Positions 59,835 to 64,000 of a DNA stretch of 64,000 bases are shown in pieces. A model generated the notes under the pieces. That model ran no database searches. It had not been told where the DNA came from and saw only the letters and a program-made list of their open reading frames with translations. The stretch comes from an uncultured Verrucomicrobiae bacterium (GTDB lineage Bacteria; Verrucomicrobiota; Verrucomicrobiia; Chthoniobacterales; UBA10450): positions 21,014 through 85,013 of the forward strand of contig CAWIPQ010000002.1 in the NCBI GenBank assembly GCA_963838045.1. The letters are read 5' to 3'. Each line of letters begins with the position of its first letter. Position 1 is the first letter of the stretch. Position numbers and translations under genes: made by a program.

Positions 59835-61370
59835 ATGAAAAATCTCGCAAAATTTTTTCTTTTTGTACTGCTTTTAAGCGCAGGAATTTCACTGCTTTAC
59901 GATTACCGGCTCAAGCATGGAGGGCTAAATTTTTCGTCCGGGCGCACACCGGAAAAGTACACATTTGCCTCCCACTCGGCTGTTGAGCCAAAACAAGTCG
60001 CGTCGCTGGAATCGTTGAGTCAGGAACGGCGTGCGTTGGTGAAAAGTGTGATTCCCTCAGTTGTTTCAGTAAAGACATCGACCAAGGTCGCCGTCCGACG
60101 CGAGTATGGAGTCGATCCGTTCGAATTTTTCTTTCCAAATCAACGCAGGTTCCGCAACCCTCGTGACGAAGAGCTGGTGCAGAATTCACTGGGTTCGGGC
60201 GTGATCGTGACCAACGAAGGCCACATTATCACCAATAATCACGTAGTGACCGACAGACAGGGCCGTCCGGTAGATCAGATTGAAGTGCAACTGAGCGATG
60301 GTCGAACCAAAAAGGCCCGTCTGGTGGGCGCGGACGAACAAGTAGACCTGGCAGTCCTTAAGATTGACGAGCCTGGAGTCAAACCTCTCAAGCTTGCCGA
60401 TTCCGACTCGGTCCAGCCGGGAGATTCTGTTCTGGCTATCGGTAATCCGCTTGGATTTGACGAAACCGTGACCGACGGAATCATCAGTTCAAAAGGCCGG
60501 CCGAACCGGAGCGATTTTTTTGCCGAGCTGCTGCAGACTAATGCGGCAATTAACCCGGGCAACAGCGGCGGCCCTCTGATCAATATCCGCGGCGAGGTGA
60601 TTGGGATTAACACCGTGATTGCTTCGACCACTGGCGGTTCACAGGGACTGGGTTTTGCGATTCCTTCGAACACAGTTCGTAGCGCGCTGGAAAGTTTGTT
60701 GAAACAGGGGCGAATCATTCGTGGATATCTTGGTATCCAGACAGGGCCGTTGCAGCGGGGTGCTGGCGCACCGGATACTGAAGGCGTGACCGTGGGTGAC
60801 GTGATCTCCGGGTCGCCTGCGGAGCAGGCGGGCCTGCAGCCCGGCGATGTCATCCGCAAATTCGACGGACACGACGTGAAGAATTTCGGCATGCTTCGAA
60901 CTCTCGTCGCCGGAGCGCCGCTAAATAAGAAAGTAGACCTGCAAATCGTCCGGGACGGAAAACCTTTGACAGTGCAAGCGCAGATCAGGGAACAACCGAT
61001 GGATTTCGAAAGCGCGCGGGTTCTTCCGCGCGGCAATCAGCCGCAATTACAACGTCCGCGACAGCCAGACGATCAGGGAACCGTCGGCGGTCCCCTGGCA
61101 TCCATTCAGGTGGACCAATTAACCCCGGAAACCGCGAGCCAGCTCGACCTGCCTCCGAACGTGCAAGGGGTGTTGGTAACAGGAGTCGATCCCGACAGCG
61201 GTGTAGCGGAATTACAAAAAGGCGACGTGATTGAAGAAATCAACCAACAGCCGGTGACGTCCGTTGCCGACTATAACAAAATCGCTGCCTCGCTCGACCC
61301 AAGCCAGCCACAAGTCTTGTCAGTTTGCCGCCATCGCGCGCGCTCGTTTTTGGTGTTGCGACCGCGATAG
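59835..61370 (+). CDS. htrA: HtrA/DegP-family serine protease with two PDZ domains
   Basis: Catalytic triad context TNNHVV, DLAVLKI and GNSGGPL. It has an N-terminal TM segment, and the start ATG 59835 overlaps the recG stop. Confidence 0.92.
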   Translation: MKNLAKFFLFVLLLSAGISLLYDYRLKHGGLNFSSGRTPEKYTFASHSAVEPKQVASLESLSQERRALVKSVIPSVVSVKTSTKVAVRREYGVDPFEFFFPNQRRFRNPRDEELVQNSLGSGVIVTNEGHIITNNHVVTDRQGRPVDQIEVQLSDGRTKKARLVGADEQVDLAVLKIDEPGVKPLKLADSDSVQPGDSVLAIGNPLGFDETVTDGIISSKGRPNRSDFFAELLQTNAAINPGNSGGPLINIRGEVIGINTVIASTTGGSQGLGFAIPSNTVRSALESLLKQGRIIRGYLGIQTGPLQRGAGAPDTEGVTVGDVISGSPAEQAGLQPGDVIRKFDGHDVKNFGMLRTLVAGAPLNKKVDLQIVRDGKPLTVQAQIREQPMDFESARVLPRGNQPQLQRPRQPDDQGTVGGPLASIQVDQLTPETASQLDLPPNVQGVLVTGVDPDSGVAELQKGDVIEEINQQPVTSVADYNKIAASLDPSQPQVLSVCRHRARSFLVLRPR

Positions 61371-61455
61371 TTGACAGGGGCGTTGAAGTCGGCGTCCGGA
61401 CATTTCAGCGCGATTTCCTCTACCACATCCAGATGCGCTCACGCGCGCATCTGTG

Positions 61456-62128
61456 TTAGCACGCAATCGCGTGCCTGCGGCAAACGCCAGAAAGCATGTC
61501 CCAAAGCGCGTCGAGAACGCGATCCACTGCTGCTTTCACAGAGTCAAAGTTCTGCTTGTTAGTGTAAGTGGCAAGCAACCTTCGCTCATCGGCAGAATGT
61601 TCACGATCGGCTTCAACGTGCACACTGAAATATTCGTAATGGTTGGGATCCGCAAAGTGGTAATGTTTTTTCAGTCCGTCTATCTTGGATTCACAGATCG
61701 CGGGGATTTGACTCTCATACGCATACAGCGCTGCCAAACCTTCTGCGGTTGATCCTTCGCCGCAAACGGATCGGAACGTGTCGATCAAGTTTTTTGTTTC
61801 CGTCCATTTTTCCGTTTTGCGCACATCAGATGCAGCAATGCCGAAACCTTCAGCAAATTGGAGCCACAGCTGTGGATGATTTGGCGACCCAGCTTCCTCG
61901 TCGATTAAGTTGTTAAGCAACGTTTTGCGCGTCGTTTGATCGTCGCATTTCGCATGCACTGCCGACAGATATGTCGGAAACGCCGCGACATGATGATAAT
62001 ATTGGCGCGCATAATCAGCGAGCGCCTCCCTGGCTAAGCTCCCCGCGCGTCCACGCGAGGTAGAAAGGATGTTTCAAAAGGTGTTTCGTTGCGATCTCAT
62101 GATCGATTTGGTCGAGATATTTATTCAT
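61456..62128 (-). CDS. heme-oxygenase-like / PqqC-TenA-CADD family di-iron protein, one apparent frameshift
   Basis: The N-terminus MNKYLDQIDHEIATKHLLKHPFYLAWTRGELSQ runs from ATG 62128. After an extra base in the CCC run at 62028-62030 it continues EALADYARQYYHHVAAFPTYLSAVHAKC... into ORF 61456..61959 (YAYESQIP, HVEADREH). Confidence 0.7.
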
Positions 62129-62219
62129 ATGTTTTGGCTTTCACAGATTACGCAAAATTACACAAATTCATGCAATTGATTTTGTAGCCTGCGATGATTG
62201 CGCAATCTGTGGATCATCT

Positions 62220-64000
62220 TCAGGCTGCTTGCAAAATTTGTTTGATGCCGCGGACCGGAATGAGGACCCAGCTTGGGCGATTGTTCAATTCGTAGCCGAT
62301 TTCGTACACAGCTTTATCGAGCAGATAGGATTCGACTATGATTTGCAGATCATCACTGTTTTTGGGGATGAAAATCGCTCCGGCAGTGGTGTTGAGATAC
62401 CCTTGCAGAAATACGCTGCTCATCTCGCGATACCAGAGATCGGCCCAGCGCTCCAGAAAAGGCACATCCTCCTGGCGCATCGCCGGCTGCCAGAGTGCGG
62501 AGTAGGCGACATATTGGAACGAGCGCATCATGCCGGCGACATCCCGCAGCGGGGAGCGCTTCATTTTCCGATCGCTTAGCGGACGCGCCGGTTCGCCTTC
62601 GAAATCGAGAATGACAAAATCTTTCCCGGTATAAAGCAATTGTCCCAAATGGTAGTCGCCGTGGATTCGAATCTTTGCCCCATTCGTGCGTCGGTCGAGC
62701 AATCGTTTTTCGCGCGCGAGAATTTCATTTTCCGCTGCGAGCACTTCCCTTGCTTCATCTCGAAATTCTGCAGGGACATCGGGCAACTTCTTCTCCAAAG
62801 ATGTAAAGGCGCGGCGCAATGACGTGCGCATGCTTTGGTAAACGGAGCGTTGTGCCATGGCATTGAACGGCTCCGGCGCGAACGCGGGGTTATCGCTTCT
62901 CGACGCGAGCGCAAGATGCAGTTCGCCCGTGCGCTGTGACATGAGCTTAACTTTTTCGGGGTATACGCCGCCGATCAGCTCTTCGAGAAGAGCACCGGGG
63001 GGCGCTGTCTCATTCTGAAGATCGGCCTTCCGCTCCAGCACGCGATCGTAATAGCGGCCGACCGCGTCCATCGTCAGTGTCCAGACATCGCCTTCGTTCG
63101 CCACCGCCTGTTGCAAGAGGCAGACTACAGTCGGCTCTGCCTTTGCCCGGTGGTATTCGAGCGCTCCAATAAAGGCCGGCACATTTGGAAAATCAGTTTG
63201 CTCGGTAAGAAAACGCGTGATTTCCACGTCAGGGTTTATCCCATACTCGAGTTTGCGATACAGTTTCAGGAAAAATTTATTGTCGAAAAGCATAGAGGAG
63301 TTGCTTTGCTCTGCGCTTAGGACCTGTGAGTTGCCCGAGAACTCAAACTCCTGCGATCCCGGGTCCGCCGTCGCGAACCCTGCAAAATGTCCCGACCGCG
63401 CCCGGAGCGTGCGATGCTTTACGATGACGTCGAACAACTGTGAGCGAAACTTCGGATCCCAAATCGCATCGCACAGAATGGCGCCGTCGCTACCGGCGAA
63501 ATGCGCGATAACCGCCTGCGGCGCGTTCTGCTTGATTGAGTGCGCCATTTCGGAGGAGGCAATCTTTACCGGAACCGCGTACGTCTCGGCTGGCGCGTCC
63601 AGGTAGTTGACCTCAACGAACCAAAGTCGCGTGTCGTCGGCATCGGAGGAAAAATCAACCTGTTCGATCACTTTGAGATTTCGGAAAGTCCTGGCCTTCG
63701 AGCCAAACCAGCGGGAATTGCGGATATGATTGGGAAGAATCTCGCGCTCGATGTGTTCTCGCTCGTTATTACCAAGCAGGCTGTCCAGTTGAGCTGGCGC
63801 ATTGATGCTCGGCACAATGCGTTTCTTCGATGCACGGCGGTTATCGGCCGGCGCTTGCAAGGCAAACCAGTAATAGGCGTGCGGGCCGAGTGTGATGACG
63901 TAATTCGATTTCCTGATCGGGCGAAATAGATTCCGGCTGAAAACCTCCATCGGCACGCACCCTGAAAACCGGGAAAGATCCAACTCGGCCGATTGCGCGA
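62220..64000 (-). CDS. maltokinase domain of a probable TreS-Mak (trehalose synthase/maltokinase) fusion; N-terminus lies beyond the window
   Basis: Kinase motifs RIHGDYHLGQLL and ILDFEGEP. The ORF is still open at the window edge. Confidence 0.75.
   Translation of the reverse strand, partial: AQSAELDLSRFSGCVPMEVFSRNLFRPIRKSNYVITLGPHAYYWFALQAPADNRRASKKRIVPSINAPAQLDSLLGNNEREHIEREILPNHIRNSRWFGSKARTFRNLKVIEQVDFSSDADDTRLWFVEVNYLDAPAETYAVPVKIASSEMAHSIKQNAPQAVIAHFAGSDGAILCDAIWDPKFRSQLFDVIVKHRTLRARSGHFAGFATADPGSQEFEFSGNSQVLSAEQSNSSMLFDNKFFLKLYRKLEYGINPDVEITRFLTEQTDFPNVPAFIGALEYHRAKAEPTVVCLLQQAVANEGDVWTLTMDAVGRYYDRVLERKADLQNETAPPGALLEELIGGVYPEKVKLMSQRTGELHLALASRSDNPAFAPEPFNAMAQRSVYQSMRTSLRRAFTSLEKKLPDVPAEFRDEAREVLAAENEILAREKRLLDRRTNGAKIRIHGDYHLGQLLYTGKDFVILDFEGEPARPLSDRKMKRSPLRDVAGMMRSFQYVAYSALWQPAMRQEDVPFLERWADLWYREMSSVFLQGYLNTTAGAIFIPKNSDDLQIIVESYLLDKAVYEIGYELNNRPSWVLIPVRGIKQILQAA

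Larger units (their letters stand above)
57110..59835 (+). pseudogene. recG: ATP-dependent DNA helicase RecG, interrupted by a 617-bp insertion
   Basis: The N-terminal half (wedge domain, motif I GDVGSGKT, motif Ia) is in ORF 57110..58276. The C-terminal half, from IVVGTHALL and DEQH through QLRGRIGRG, is in ORF 58282..59835 in a different frame. Confidence 0.85.

Noticed and set aside
60275-61036. 253-aa minus-strand ORF
   Set aside because: It is antisense to the HtrA protease gene. It is a shadow ORF rich in Arg/Pro/Ser.

Overview
This 64-kb chromosomal window is mostly housekeeping. The centre (31.3-49.8 kb, + strand) is one contiguous str-S10-spc-alpha ribosomal-protein supercluster: rpsL, rpsG, fusA, rpsJ through rplO, secY, adk, map, infA, rpmJ, rpsM, rpsK, rpsD. 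The flanks carry ispD, lpxD, eno, prfB, tgt, cysE plus a cysteine desulfurase, futalosine-pathway menaquinone genes, DNA-repair genes (a UdgX-type UDG, recJ, recG), a CheB-CheR-PAS / histidine kinase / NarL-type regulator trio, an ABC exporter, an HtrA protease and a TreS-maltokinase fragment. The futalosine pathway, the absence of L30, low-complexity tails on many r-proteins and dense hairpin repeats suggest a PVC/Verrucomicrobia-like bacterium; this is inference only. I recognised no rRNA, tRNA or CRISPR array, and I found no convincing novel multi-gene (for example defence-type) system. The best leads are: (1) recG is split by a 617-bp RayT-type HUH/Y1 element bounded by perfect 29-bp inverted repeats, and exact excision of it restores the RecG frame. 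(2) The last 11 codons of rpsG occur twice, 205 nt apart, with identical amino acids but different nucleotides in 9 of 11 codons. (3) A coiled-coil gene with an MreC-like C-terminal barrel sits between rpsS and rplV and has a paralog at 7.0 kb. (4) The r-protein cluster stops at rpsD, where a MITE and an endolysin-like M15 peptidase replace rpoA-rplQ. (5) There are several families of REP/MITE-like repeats and a second, degraded RAYT. About eleven apparent frameshifts hit otherwise well-conserved genes (lpxD, ftsB, eno, tgt, an mqnE-like gene, a CADD-like gene and both Y1 transposases). Most look like single-base indels and may be assembly artefacts, so pseudogene calls are provisional.
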